A stretch of 64,000 nt of DNA from Eledone cirrhosa (GCA_964016885.1 OZ024745.1:112902001-112966000); one strand, 5' to 3'. Shown: positions 1 to 13,905, numbered from the stretch's first letter. Notes: generated by a model not told the origin, from the letters alone. Numbers and translations are program-made.

Positions 1-78
<78 letters not shown>

Positions 79-405
79 GAAGTTGGAAATAGCACGGAAA
101 ATATACTTTAGGGTCTGTTTTTCTTTTTTTTCCCTTTCTTTGATTCATCAAAGTGACATTATTGAAAAAATGAGAGGGACAATTCTTTTCAAAAAGAGTT
201 TTATAATGTATATAAAATATATAAAGTATATAAAGTATATAAAGTATATAAAGTATTACCGGTTTAGATGTATTAGTAAAATTCATCTTGTCAAATGTTG
301 AGTATTACAATTAAAAAGAATTAATAAGAATTAAAGACTAAAAATTAAAGATTTAAATTAAGAGGTAAGTTTTTTTTCATCTTCCTTCCTTATTGAGAAG
401 GAGAC

Positions 406-570
406 ACGAGAATGCTGAGGATGGCTCTGAATATTGATCAGTATACATATGTTGATGCCCTAAGGACAGGCATCGGTCTCTTGGAGACGCAGGGCATGGC
501 AGTGATGATGAAGGACAGGGACCGCTGGAGAGAACTCGTCCATGGATCTTGGGAATTTTACTCGCCCTAG
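406..570 (+). mobile_element. RTE-clade LINE ORF 3' end remnant (internally deleted)
   Basis: Translates TRMLRMALNIDQYTYVDALRTGIGLLETQGMAVMMKDRDRWRELVHGSWEFYSP*. The RMLR.ALNI and DR..WR motifs are typical of RTE ORF C-termini. Followed by (TA)n. Confidence 0.65.
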
Positions 571-611
571 ATATATATATATTTATATATATATATATAT
601 ATGCATATATG

Positions 612-650
<39 letters not shown>

Positions 651-652
<2 letters not shown>

Positions 653-726
653 CACACACACACATATATATATAGTTAAAGAAATGACAATAAAAACACG
701 GGGATGTAAAAACAGGCTTATTAATA

Positions 727-806
<80 letters not shown>

Positions 807-856
807 TTAAAGAAATGACAATAAAACACGGGGATGTAAAAACAGTCTTATTAATA

Positions 857-932
<76 letters not shown>

Positions 933-996
933 ACATATATATATAGTTAAAGAAATGACAATAAAACACGGGGATGTAAAAACAGTCTTATTAATA

Positions 997-1035
<39 letters not shown>

Positions 1036-1087
1036 GTTAAAGAAATGACAATAAAAACACGGGGATGTAAAAACAGTCTTATTAATA

Positions 1088-1136
<49 letters not shown>

Positions 1137-1187
1137 GTTAAAGAAATGACAATAAAACACGGTGATGTAAAAACAGTCTTATTAATA

Positions 1188-1246
<59 letters not shown>

Positions 1247-1299
1247 GTTAAAGAAATGACAATAAAAACACGGGGATGTAAAAACAGTCTTATTAATAT

Positions 1300-1336
<37 letters not shown>

Positions 1337-1485
1337 TTAAAGAAATGACAATAAAAACACGGGGATGTAAAAACAGTCTTATTAATATCACACACACACA
1401 CACACATACATACACACACACACATATATATAGTTAAAGAAATGACAATAAAAACACGGGGATGTAAAAACAGACTTATTAATAT

Positions 1486-1524
<39 letters not shown>

Positions 1525-1671
1525 TTAAAGAAATGACAATAAAACACGGTGATATAAAAACAGTCTTATTAATATCACACACACACACACACACACATAC
1601 ACACACACACATATATATAGTTAAAGAAATGACAATAAAAACATGGGGATGTAAAAACAGTCTTATTAATA

Positions 1672-1717
<46 letters not shown>

Positions 1718-1769
1718 TTAAAGAAATGACAATAAAAACACGGGGATGTAAAAACTGTCTTATTAATAT

Positions 1770-1811
<42 letters not shown>

Positions 1812-1864
1812 GTTAAAGAAATGACAATAAAAACATGGGGATGTAAAAACAGTCTTATTAATAT

Positions 1865-1903
<39 letters not shown>

Positions 1904-1954
1904 TTAAAGAAATGACAATAAAAACACGGGGATGTAAAAACTGTCTTATTAATA

Positions 1955-1992
<38 letters not shown>

Positions 1993-2075
1993 ACACACAC
2001 ACACATACATACACATATATATAGTTAAAGAAATGACAATAAAAACATGGGGATGTAAAAACAGTCTTATTAATA

Positions 2076-2131
<56 letters not shown>

Positions 2132-2182
2132 TTAAAGAAATGACAATAAAAACACGGGGATGTAAAAACAGTCTTATTAATA

Positions 2183-2246
<64 letters not shown>

Positions 2247-2297
2247 TTAAAGAAATGACAATAAAAACATGGGGATGTAAAAACAGTCTTATTAATA

Positions 2298-2368
<71 letters not shown>

Positions 2369-2420
2369 GTTAAAGAAATGACAATAAAAACATGGGGATG
2401 TAAAAACAGTCTTATTAATA

Positions 2421-2475
<55 letters not shown>

Positions 2476-2527
2476 GTTAAAGAAATGACAATAAAAACAC
2501 GGGGATGTAAAAACTGTCTTATTAATA

Positions 2528-2567
<40 letters not shown>

Positions 2568-2652
2568 ACACACACACACACATACATACACATATATATA
2601 GTTAAAGAAATGACAATAAAAACATGGGGATGTAAAAACAGTCTTATTAATA

Positions 2653-2710
<58 letters not shown>

Positions 2711-2760
2711 TTAAAGAAATGACAATAAAACACGGGGATGTAAAAACAGTCTTATTAATA

Positions 2761-2798
<38 letters not shown>

Positions 2799-2883
2799 AC
2801 ACACACACACATACACACATATATATATATAGTTAAAGAAATGACAATAAAAACATGGGGATGTAAAAACAGTCTTATTAATA

Positions 2884-2937
<54 letters not shown>

Positions 2938-3001
2938 ACATATATATATAGTTAAAGAAATGACAATAAAACACGGGGATGTAAAAACAGTCTTATTAAT
3001 A

Positions 3002-3043
<42 letters not shown>

Positions 3044-3126
3044 ACACACACACACATACATACACATATATATAGTTAAAGAAATGACAATAAAAACATG
3101 GGGATGTAAAAACAGTCTTATTAATA

Positions 3127-3170
<44 letters not shown>

Positions 3171-3221
3171 TTAAAGAAATGACAATAAAACACGGGGATG
3201 TAAAAACAGTCTTATTAATAT

Positions 3222-3259
<38 letters not shown>

Positions 3260-3311
3260 GTTAAAGAAATGACAATAAAAACATGGGGATGTAAAAACAG
3301 TCTTATTAATA

Positions 3312-3393
<82 letters not shown>

Positions 3394-3462
3394 ACACACA
3401 CATATATATAGTTAAAGAAATGACAATAAAAACACGGGGATGTAAAAACAGTCTTATTAATA

Positions 3463-3513
<51 letters not shown>

Positions 3514-3564
3514 GTTAAAGAAATGACAATAAAAACACGGGGAGTAAAAACTGTCTTATTAATA

Positions 3565-3642
<78 letters not shown>

Positions 3643-3711
3643 ACACACACATATATATAGTTAAAGAAATGACAATAAAAACACGGGCATGTAAAAACAG
3701 TTTTATTAATA

Positions 3712-3751
<40 letters not shown>

Positions 3752-3822
3752 ACACACATATATATATATAGTTAAAGAAATGACAATAAAAACACGGGCA
3801 TGTAAAAACAGTCTTATTAATA

Positions 3823-3862
<40 letters not shown>

Positions 3863-3926
3863 ACACCTATATATATAGTTAAAGAAATGACAATAAAAAC
3901 ACGGGCATGTAAAAACTGTCTTATTA
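651..3926. repeat. Composite minisatellite: about 30 copies of a ~55-bp constant unit separated by variable (CA)n(TA)n
   Basis: Unit TAGTTAAAGAAATGACAATAAAAACACGGGGATGTAAAAACAGTCTTATTAATAT counted about 30 times from 673 to ~3926; spacers are CA/TA microsatellite only. Confidence 0.97.
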
Positions 3927-4130
3927 TCTGTGTGTAGACTGCGTGAATTTTGTATGTCAGAACGATTACAAATGTCCGGCGCAGCCAGCCGTGATGGACT
4001 AATGAGAAATATTTGCTCCCCTATTTATATGTATACAAAACACTAAACACATTTCTAAAAGAAGTTATTGTTACTTTTTTCTATGAGCAAATCAATAACA
4101 TAAATACCGTATGTCGTTCAATCCCTAGCC

Positions 4131-4840
4131 CCTATAATAATTGTTTCTACTTTTGGTACAAAGTTAGCAATTTGAAAAGAAAGGGATTGTTGATTAAATC
4201 GAGGCCAGTGCGTTACTGGTACGTAATTTCACCGACCCCGTAATGATGAAAGGCAAAGATGACCTCGGCGAGATTTGAACTCAGATGTAGAAAATCGTAA
4301 CTCAATATTGCAAAGCATTTTGCCAGGCGCTCTGCGGACACTACTGATGACCCCTATAATGAGGTTTCTACTTTTGGCACAAGGTCAGCAATTACTCCAG
4401 TGTATTACTGGTGCTTTATTTTATCGACCCCGTAAGGATGAAAGGCAAAGTTAACCTCAACGGAATTTGAATTCAGAACGCAAGGGCCATAACTCAATGT
4501 CGCTTTATAATAATTGTTTCTACTATTGGCACAAGGCCAGCAACTACTCAGTACATTACTGGTACTTTATTTTATCGACCCCGTATGGATGAAAGGCAAA
4601 GTTAACCTCGGCGGGTTTATAATAATGAAACTAATCTTTGTCATTAGCCCTTACGCCCACTGCTCTACCACCTACACTTTTTTTGCATAGTTAACCGGGC
4701 ACACATTTGGGAGTGGGGTATAGTCGATTATATCGACCCTGTTATTCTACTAGTAGTAGTCCTTTGAAATATAAAAGGCGAAGTCTATGCCGATGGGATT
4801 TGGACTCAAAATGTCAAGTGATTTCGCTATTTCGCCACGT
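4131..4840 (-). mobile_element. Cluster of degenerate tRNA-derived SINE family 1 copies
   Basis: Repeated TTTCTACTTTTGGCACAAGG...ATCGACCCCGTAAGGATGAAAGGCAAAG...GATTTGAACTCAG motifs (reverse complement of the family consensus). Confidence 0.85.
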
Positions 4841-4871
4841 TATAAGATATAAACAAAGTTTTTCTTCTTAC

Positions 4872-5235
4872 CTTTCAGGTCATCCACGGCAATGACAGTG
4901 TCGTTGTTGACATCTAGTTTATGAAATGCTTCTTTGACAATAGCCAAACGGGTTCCGGTCATTGGTGGACGTAACTTATGCATGAACTCGATAAACTCGA
5001 TAGTTTTATTATTGTCCGTATCTATGGCATTAAAAATTATCCTCAGATCAGAATCGTTAATCTTAATACTGTATCTCTGGATACCGGTTTTTAGTTCCTC
5101 GAAGCATAATCTTTTAGAAAGATCGATGTCCATTGTTCGAAAAATGTGACCCAGACCTTTAATGCCTGATGTAAAACCCCGTTTAATGCATTCATTTCGA
5201 AGAAATTCAATCAGATTTTGAGCCCTGTCGTCCAT
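4872..5235 (-). CDS. CAPSL: Calcyphosin-like EF-hand calcium-binding protein, coding part of one exon (partial gene)
   Basis: MDDRAQNLIEFLRNECIKRGFTSGIKGLGHIFRTMDIDLSKRLCFEE...DTDNNKTIEFIEFMHKLRPPMTGTRLAIVKEAFHKLDVNNDTVIAVDDLK: three EF-hand loops plus calcyphosin-family GIKGLG..FR.MD and LRPPM...R....EAF.KLD motifs. Acceptor TTTTTATTCCAG precedes 5258, ATG in ACCATGG context at 5235, donor AAG|GTAAG after 4872. Downstream exons not seen in the window. Symbol indicates family, not proven orthology. Confidence 0.9.
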
Positions 5236-5614
5236 GGTCAAGTTATTGGGTTTAGTTTCTGGAATAAAAAAAAAATCGAAAAATAAAATAAAATATTAAC
5301 AAAAAAGGAAAGAAAAAGAATAAACTATCAAACCGTTAATAAATGTTACATGAATTGAAAAAAAAATGAATGAAACAAAAAAAGAAACGAAAAAAAAAAA
5401 CGTTGTAAACAAGTTTACTACTACTGTTAGACATGCAATGGACGGTGTGTTATTTTAAAAAAGAAAATCTTTATCTCACTTACTTCGGTTGTGTAAGTGC
5501 GTGTGTGTGTGAGCGTGTGCGCTCGTATGTATGTATGTGTGTATTTGTGTACGCGTGTATTAATTATGAGTTTTATATTTTTCTTTACATGATTTATCTA
5601 ATACGGGGTCGTTT

Positions 5615-5742
<128 letters not shown>

Positions 5743-5816
5743 CTCTCTCTCTTAATAAGATATGACAAACCTGGGAAATTCCAATCAGAAAAACATGACA
5801 AGTTTGGCCTTAATAA

Positions 5817-5872
<56 letters not shown>

Positions 5873-6387
5873 GTGAATAATAACGTGGTCAGCTGTACAA
5901 TAGGGTCTATTTAAAGTATTAACAATTGCTTCATTAGTCCGGTGTATATATATATAAATAGTATGTATGTATGTATGTATGTATGTATGTATGTATGTAT
6001 GTTGCAAGTATTATTGTTTTATCATTATTAACAAATCTAATAACACGTTAAAAAAAGCTGGAAGTCGTTATTATTAGTTAAAGTTTAACTTAGTTAAAGA
6101 ATTGTTATTACTTTCTTTTCTCTGTTGTTCTTGGTGTTAGTTCTATGTTGCTGCGGTTTACTGTTGCTGTCGCAGACGATCTTTCAACTGTTGCTCCTTA
6201 ACTATGCTGCTTGTTATGCCTGCTTTGTATGTGTCACGCTTTATCACACCTCATAGTGAAATAAAGAGAGAATAAATATACAAAAAAATGTTATTAAAAA
6301 AATAATAATAATAACGTACCCACTACACTACTAAGCCTGCTGCTTAGACAACTTAGTCAGCCAGGGAAACCAGTTACAGTGAGAGCG

Positions 6388-6437
<50 letters not shown>

Positions 6438-6726
6438 ATATTAACAAAAAGCGAGAGACAGATAGATAGATAGAGAGAGAGATACAAAGAGCTAGAGTAA
6501 GAGCTAGAAATACCAGCTCAGTCACCCTCAAAATATTTTGCGCTCTTTAGTTACGTCTTTTTACGTTGACAGTTCAAATTTCGTCTAAGTCGAATCGTCC
6601 AGAGATCGATAATATAAGTACCATAACTATAAAGTGACATTCTGCTTAAGAATGTCACTTTATAGTTATGGTACTTATATTATTCTGCGTAAGAAATTAT
6701 TCATTATTTCAACATTTTGCAACATA

Positions 6727-7243
6727 GGGTGGTGGATTGGTAGTATCGGTAGAGGGTCGGACGTCATGCTTTCCAGCATAGTTACGTCCCTTTACGATCT
6801 GAGTTCAAATCCCGCCGAGGTTGACTTTGCCTTTCATCCTTACGGGGTCGATAAAATAAAGTACCAGTAATGCACTGGGTAATTGCTGGCCTTGTGCCTA
6901 AAGTAGAAACAATTATTTCAACATTTTGCTTTCAAATCCCGCTGAGCTGAACTTTGCCTTTCATCTTTCCGAGGTCGATAAAATAAAGTACCAGTCATGT
7001 ACTGGGGTCGATAAATTGCTGTCCTTGTGTCACAATTAAAAACCATTATTTCTGTGGGTTGGCAGTATCGGTAGAGGGTCGGATGCCATGCTTTGACGCA
7101 TAGAGTTACGGCCCTTGCCATTCTAAGTTCAAATCCCGCCGAGGTTAACTTTGCCTTTCATCCTTACGGGGTCGATAAAATACAGTACCAGTAATGTACT
7201 GGTTAATTGCTGGCCTTGTGCCTAAAATAGAAACCATTATTTC
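6727..7243 (+). mobile_element. Tandem tRNA-derived SINE family 1 copies
   Basis: A-box-like TGGYAGTATCGGTAG, B box GAGTTCAAATCC, central GCCTTTCATCCTTACGGGGTCGATAAAATAAAGTACCAG. First copy flanked by duplicated ATTATTTCAACATTTTGC (6703-6720, 6912-6929). Confidence 0.9.
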
Positions 7244-8564
7244 TGACTGCTCAGACATGATATAGTGTCTGTTCTTCTCCCTCTCTCTTTCTTTCGTTGT
7301 TTTTCCTTTTCTTCTTTTCATTTCCTTTTTTTTCTTCCCTTTAATAGTCTGTTTTGTTTTCATATAAAAACAACTTTATAAAATAAAACAACTTTCTGAT
7401 GAAAGGTTTTAATATAAAGGTGAAAAAAAAAAGAAAAGAGAAACCATTATTTCTGACGGGCAATTTGCTATCACATTGAACAGACAGTGAAGTTTCGATT
7501 ATTTAACGAAGACTCGCATCTCACTTCACTTTGCTTCTCCTGAGTTAGTCAGATAAAGCAGACCAGGGAAAGGGGCATTTTAATATCCGTTTCAAACCCT
7601 TTAGGTTAAAGGGGACTGGTAGTGGTTGGTATTTAATTTGTTCATGTTTGTGAAGGAAAAAGTGATTGGAGGAGAGAAAGTTCCAAAGAGAAGCAGTTTT
7701 TTTTTTTGCGGGGGAATTGCTTAACGCAGAACCTGAGAGATGTGACAGAGCGTGGGTGACAAGAGGTAGGCGGAACTGGCCTAGTTAGTTCAGAGGAGAA
7801 TAGGCCGTTGTAGTAGCGATAGAAACAACCGTGTTAACTAGCGCGGTTGTGAGCTAAAGGTCGAAGCGTTCCGTAGGTAAATCTTTGCCAATCAACCAAA
7901 TGCCATTCTTCCAAGTAGATAAAAAAAAAAGGAAATTAGATATTTTATAAATTTAATTCGGTTTTCGATACACTCATTTCATTATTTATAGAAAATACTT
8001 TTATTTATTACTCAGACTCTGTTTCATTATAGAACACCTACGTTCTGAGTTAAAATCCTGCCGATGTTAGTGTTGCTTTTCATCCTTACGGGGTCGATAA
8101 AATAAAGTACCAGTAACGCACTGGGGTAGATTTAATCGATTTTCCTCTCTCCCCAAATTGTTGGCCTTGTACCTAAATCAGAAACCATTAGAGAACACCT
8201 ACACACACTCAAACTTGCTCACATAAATACACACATGCACATACATATGCATACACACACGCACGCACACACACGCACACACACACATACACACAGATAC
8301 ACACACCATTTACAACAGTCAATCCTATTCTCACCCAGATAATAATTTCTACATTCTAAGCAAATCTTTCTCCTGACTAAACAGCTGTCATAGTGACCAA
8401 GTAGCAATGTTGCTATTATTCGTAGGATTGCTAATTTATCGTGAAATTTGTTAAATGTCTTCGGACATGCGCTATTGCACTATAACAACTTAAACTGACA
8501 TTTCTACACCTCGCTTGTCAAGTGAAAATAACGGACAATTTTCTTGATATGAGTGACTCAGTGC

Positions 8565-8820
8565 CCCGGCCCCTGTGTGTGTGTGCCACACAAATACTGC
8601 TATGGGGTCGTAACTGACAAGTTTGGTTTGCACCTGCTATCATGCCATCATAGTGGAGGTCGGTTTCCTCAACCTCCCGCTCTGAGTGACATAATCAGAA
8701 AGAACTTCGACGCAGTCAGCTCCCCGTCGAACCCTGAGCCAGCTCGCCTCGACAATGGTGATAGTAAGTGCTCTGACGAGATAACCCTCTTCCCATTCAG
8801 GGTAGGTAAATCCCTTTATC
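8565..8820 (+). mobile_element. CRE-like non-LTR retrotransposon C-terminal remnant (Zn knuckle plus restriction-like endonuclease)
   Basis: PHKYCYGVVTDKFGLHLLSCHHSGGRFPQPPALSDIIRKNFDAVSSPSNPEPARLDNGDSKCSDEITLFPFRVGKSL resembles the CxC..D..G.H.LSC..S.GR..RH..LND.I.R....EP..L...DGKRPDG.TL.PW..GK pattern; catalytic residues decayed. Confidence 0.65.
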
Positions 8821-9904
8821 GACCGCTTCCTTTTCGTGCCAGTCGCTGGGGTGTAGAGTCTGCCTGTCCCTCTTTTCCTTTCTATCGTTGCTTATTTCGT
8901 TTTTCTTTTCCTTATTGCCATTTATATTGTACAGTTTTTATAACACTTTCTCTTTAGGTTAATAAAAGAATAATTTCTTAGTTACCCTATTACCAGTAAA
9001 TAGGTCGTGCCACTACTGTCCTCACCTTTTCTCACCCATTTAAATAGATATTCCCACGGGCACCCTGCAAGGACTGCTCAAAAAGAGAAAAATGTTTATA
9101 CTTAGAGAAGAATGGATACCAAATAGTGTATGTATATTATATTTATAACAATGTAATTTGAACTTAGTTTACGGGCTCCTAGTATTACGGTTCCTCAGGG
9201 GTGCCTGGAATCCGGGTTGGGAACCGCTCGCCTCTCCTCACATTTCAGTATCATATTGAAGATAAAGGTGAGAACAGGCACCAAGAAGATCAAAGAAGAT
9301 TATCGTCTATATGCAGGAATGGAGGAATTGATTTTAGATTTTCAGTCCGGCTTCATCAAGAATATGGATCGGCACCTGGCGCTCAGGGAAGCGTAATCTT
9401 CAGATAACTTTTGTGAACTTTTCTAGAGCTGTCTTTTCTGTCTGTTCAGGGCATTAATTTAGGACATTCAATTTTTTTTATCGATTATATGATCATATTA
9501 CCTACATGTGGCGGTAATGAATTTGAAACAATTTCACGTCCGAGCAACATATTTACTCCATACTGAAGTGTCTGGTTTTTTTGAAAACATACGCAGTTTA
9601 TTTATTCAAAAACAAAACACACTATTAAAGGGAACTAAAAAAAAGAAGAAAAAAGAAAGGAAAGGAAAAGAGGAAAAAAAAGAATCAAGCAACAAAAGAA
9701 AGGGAGAGGGGGGATTACTACACCCCAGTTGGGCGGTGCCTCAGCCGCGCCCCACAGAAAAAATTGTAAAGATGTTACCGCGGAGAATGGCTAGAGACAC
9801 CCGCTGGAACAGCCACTCCTCCTGGTATGGCATTGTTATGGTATGGTATGGGCCGTAGCTCCAGAGAAGGATAGAGAGTTAGAGGGGGGGGGAGGGGTAG
9901 TGAA

Positions 9905-10885
9905 AAAGAAATATAGCGGAAGAATCGAATCGACCCCAGTACGAGAATGGTCCGTTTTTTTTTTTTTTATAGACCACGAAAGGATAAAAGGCAAAGCTAA
10001 ACTTGTCGGGATTTCAATCGAGATATCAGAGAGTCAGAACGAATACTGCAAAGCATTCTATCCGACTTTCTAACGTCTCTGCCAATTCGTCGCCCTTTTG
10101 GGTAGGTATGGGCAATAATAACATCAGCAAACATAGTACTCACTGGATACTGTTCTCTGTTGCAATTTGAATTTGGAATTTATTTTCTGGAAATAAACGG
10201 GCAATTGCAAAAGCAATTATCTGGTCATATGTTAAAAAAGTCGATGGAATGGCAGAGTTGTTAGAGCGTTTGGTAAAATGCTTTGCAATATTTATATTTA
10301 TATTCTGAGTTGAAATCACTCCGAGTTCAACTTTGTCTTTCATTCTTTCGAGGTCAATAAAATAAAGTACTAGTAACGCACTGGGGTCGATATAATCGAT
10401 TTCTCTACCCCTCAAAAAATTGCTGGTTTTGTACTTAAGTTACAAATAATTATGTTAAAAAATAAATTAATTCTGATTAGACATGATTAGAAAACCAACT
10501 ATACCACTAACCAGTGTTTAGTATCACAAATGGAAGGCTACATAGACTTATTGTGTTGGAGAAGCTTTGTAGAAGTCATAGATGTCTCAAAGATACGAGG
10601 ATCTAGCCAGATACAATTTTAGATTTAGTGAAGCTACTGACCATTCCATTATTATTTTCTTATATGTGGATTGGCAGACTTGGTAGAACGTCGAATAAAA
10701 CACCATTGTAGTTTGTGTTCTGGCTCTTTACATTCTGAGTTCAAAGCCCAGCGAGGTCAACTTTCTTGGGCATGCTTCCCGAGTCGATATACTATAATAC
10801 CAGTCAAATACTGGGTTGATTTAATCAACTTTGTTCTTCCTCTAAATTTTCCTGGCTTTTTGCATAAATTAGAAATTGATATTTA
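9905..10885. mobile_element. Three diverged SINE family 1 copies (~9905-10097 minus, ~10243-10452 plus, ~10665-10885 plus)
   Basis: Degenerate A/B boxes and TTTCAT...GTCGATAAAATAAAGTAC-like core. Confidence 0.7.
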
Positions 10886-11684
10886 ATTATAATTTGTGTT
10901 AAGAAACATGGAAAGTTTACACTAGCTATTTGGTTACGCCGAGAGATCCACCCGGGATTACAGTGTCTAACAGGATAATTAAATACTGTCCCGGAGTATT
11001 CTATAAGACGAAAACAAAACAAAATTTACGTGAAATTATATAGCGAGGACAAATACCAATAAAATGAAATGTATGATATTTAAGTCGAACAATATGTGAC
11101 GAAGAGGATAATTTAAACATGCATAAACATAACATAGATCTTCTCGTATAAACAAATAAAGTACAAATAGATAAAGTCTTGTAAATGTGTAGAGAAAACT
11201 GTATGAAAATATATATACGGTGTAAACAGGAACGCAAACAGGAACGGAAGTAAACTAAATAAACACAGAACAGACACATGCTTATATACCAGCCTAATCT
11301 GAATACATCTTTACACAATTGTTCAAAACAGAAATGAGTACGATAAGCACAGAGACTGGTGGGAGTGAGCAGAAAGCAAATACACGTATAGATAAAAACA
11401 AAAATATAAATGCAGAATATTTAAACAATGAATAACTGCTAAAGAAATGTTGGTTTAAAGAAAAGCGTGTATCTCGACAAATATAGCAGAGTAATAGCGG
11501 GAAACTTAGGAGGTTGAATGGTAATCAGATAGTTGAAAAGTAATGAGTTTTGAAGGATCTATGGACACAAGAAGTCATAAGATCGGTGTTCTTATTAAGT
11601 AGAGGGGATTGAAGGAAATAATTTTATTATTTTTCAAAAGTAAAAATGTATGCACACACACACATACATACATACACACATATA

Positions 11685-11773
11685 CATGGTGTCCCCCAAA
11701 AATGTATACATACTTTGATTACTTGTACAGCAATATTTATTAGAATGGTGTATACATTTTTCGGGACACTCTC
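11685..11773. mobile_element. Tc1/mariner-type mini-MITE
   Basis: Terminal inverted repeats CATGGTGTCCCCCAAAAATGTATACA / TGTATACATTTTTCGGGACACTCTC, flanked by TA. Confidence 0.7.
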
Positions 11774-11945
11774 TATATATACACATAAGTTTTCCATTCT
11801 CCTTTAATATTTTATGTAACAATCGTTTGTTTCTCCTCTTCCCGCCCCACTCCAGATTTTGTGTTTTACTTCTTTTACCATTCCTCAATCTCTATATCAT
11901 TCTTTATCATTTCCTCTCTCTCTCCCTCTCTATATTAGTATCTAT

Positions 11946-12127
11946 TGGCAGTATCGGTAAAGGTCGGACGCCATGCTTTGAAGCATAGAGTTACCTCCCT
12001 TTATGATCTGAGTTCAAATCCCGCCGAAGTTAACTTTGCCTTTCATCCTTACGGGGTCGATAAAATAAAGTACCAGTAATGCACTGGTATAATTGTTGGC
12101 CTTGTGCCAAAAGTAGAAACAATTATT
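11946..12127 (+). mobile_element. SINE family 1 copy
   Basis: TTGGCAGTATCGGTA...GAGTTCAAATCCCGCC...GTGCCAAAAGTAGAAACAATTATT. Confidence 0.9.
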
Positions 12128-12577
12128 CTTTTTATTTTCGCTTATTTTGAACGGTTACAACTTTATTAACCCAAAGATGCTGCTGTTTTGTCTTGTCACG
12201 AATACTCTCTTCTTCTATTGCTATGTATTTCTCCTTCCTTTTTTATCCCCTTTCTCTGTTTTTCTCCACCTCCCTTCTCCTCTTCCTACTTTGGAAGATT
12301 TTCTTATCCTGCACGTACATCAAAAGTTATTTTATTTAAAAAATACAAAAAGGTACAGTGTGTATATGTACGTAAGTATGATGTAAATATACATGTTTTT
12401 ACAGTGTAGATGCACACATATTATCAAAGATTCTCGCTCACACCCGCACGCTCACGCACGCACAAATACTGTCACACATACACACATACTGGCACGCACG
12501 CACACACACACACACACATATATACAAATTAATACATGTTAATTGAAATGTATACCGTTTAATGTGTGCATATATAT

Positions 12578-12614
<37 letters not shown>

Positions 12615-12665
12615 ATATTAAGGATACTATTTATGGTTATGTATTGTGTACAAACATTGAACAAT

Positions 12666-12710
12666 GCTCCGAAGACTCCAAGCCTAGGTTTGGATGAAAC
12701 AATTGTAAGT
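12666..12710 (+). ncRNA. Type I hammerhead-like motif, CCGAAGA core variant
   Basis: GCT-CCGAAGA-C-TCCAAGC(CTAG)GTTTGGA-T-GAA-ACAATTGT-A-AGT: palindromic stem III, GUA site, only 3-bp stem I, AATAAA at 12712. Element lies between (TA)n and (CT)n. Confidence 0.55.
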
Positions 12711-12741
12711 TAATAAATGCTTTGAACATAGTTTTGATTCT

Positions 12742-12861
<120 letters not shown>

Positions 12862-13520
12862 TTATTTCAATAAATCTATTTGGTGTGCAAGCCCAACAAT
12901 GAACATATTGTAATAGTAAGGCAACAATGCAATCTGGATAGAGTTTATCTGATACAAGATTTATCGTAGGTGTTTTCACTTCGGTCAAATATTTACAACC
13001 ATTTCTATAGTTACCATGCTAAAATACTTTTATACGTTTGTAGGTTTAGTTTCACCATCTAATAACTTAATATGTTGGTAAAAAGCTGAATCTATTTTTG
13101 TCATAAAGACTAGGCTTCGAATGTAGCAATAACTTTATGGTCCATAGTTTGAATAAATGTGGTTATGTTTGGAGACAGAAAACAGCTCAATGGGGTTAGA
13201 TGTGGGATCTGGAGCTCTGTCCATAAAAAGCAAGGATTTATCCCCATGGTTTTGTTAAGACTGTATTGAAGATAGCGAGTTTGGCTTTTACACTTTTCCC
13301 CCCTTTTCTGATTACCTAATGCAAAATATGACTACTAAGATAATAAATTTCATATGACCGATAAAAACATCTGCTAATCCAGTCATTAACTTAAATTGTC
13401 ATAACAAATCCCCGGCATCAAGCGAAAGTATTTCTATTGTGTTTTGAAGAAACTGACCAAAAGAAAAGGCTTCACATTGTGTTTGTGCATGTGTGGATTT
13501 GTTTTAGTTTTCATTGTTTA

Positions 13521-13905
13521 ACTTCTAGTCAGCATGGATATAGCAGACCTATGACCAAAGATTCTCCATGTGGGATCATCACTTCTTTTGTGAAGCATAG
13601 TGTATCCTACTTCTAGTCAACATGGATAGAGCAGGCCTATGACCAAAGATTCTCCATGTGGGATCATCACTTCTTTTGTGAAGCATAGTGTATCCTACTT
13701 CTAGTCAACATGGATAGAGCAGGCCTATGACCAAAGATTCTCCATGTGGGATCATCACTTCTTTTGTGAAGCATAGTGTATCCTACTTCTAGTCAACATG
13801 GATAGAGCAGGCCTATGACCAAAGATTCTCCATGTGGGATCATCACTTCTTTTGTGAAGCATAGTGTATCCTACTTCTAGTCAACATGGATAGAGCAGGC
13901 CTATG
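13521..13905. repeat. 88-bp tandem repeat, ~4.4 near-identical copies
   Basis: ACTTCTAGTCAACATGGATAGAGCAGGCCTATGACC... starts at 13521, 13609, 13697, 13785, 13873. Confidence 0.97.

Noticed and set aside
377-3878. CVCVCV / HTHTHT / YIYIYI ORFs here and throughout the window
   Set aside because: Translations of dinucleotide repeats with no domain content.
651-3926. CRISPR array
   Set aside because: Spacers are CA/TA microsatellite, not unique sequence; the repeat is not palindromic; no cas genes; eukaryotic context.
6634-7363. Recurrent peptide NPAEVDFAFHPYGVDKIKYQ as a protein family
   Set aside because: It is the translation of SINE family 1.
7396-7420. CTGATGA...GAAA as a hammerhead (also CTGATGA near 31048, 35671, 45198)
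   Set aside because: No supporting stems I-III or NUH placement.
7560-7920. GC-richer stretch with hairpins as promoter or exon
   Set aside because: No ORF or recognisable motif; cannot be assigned from sequence alone.
9280-9420. RT-like peptide EELILDFQSGF
   Set aside because: Single short motif without neighbouring RT motifs.
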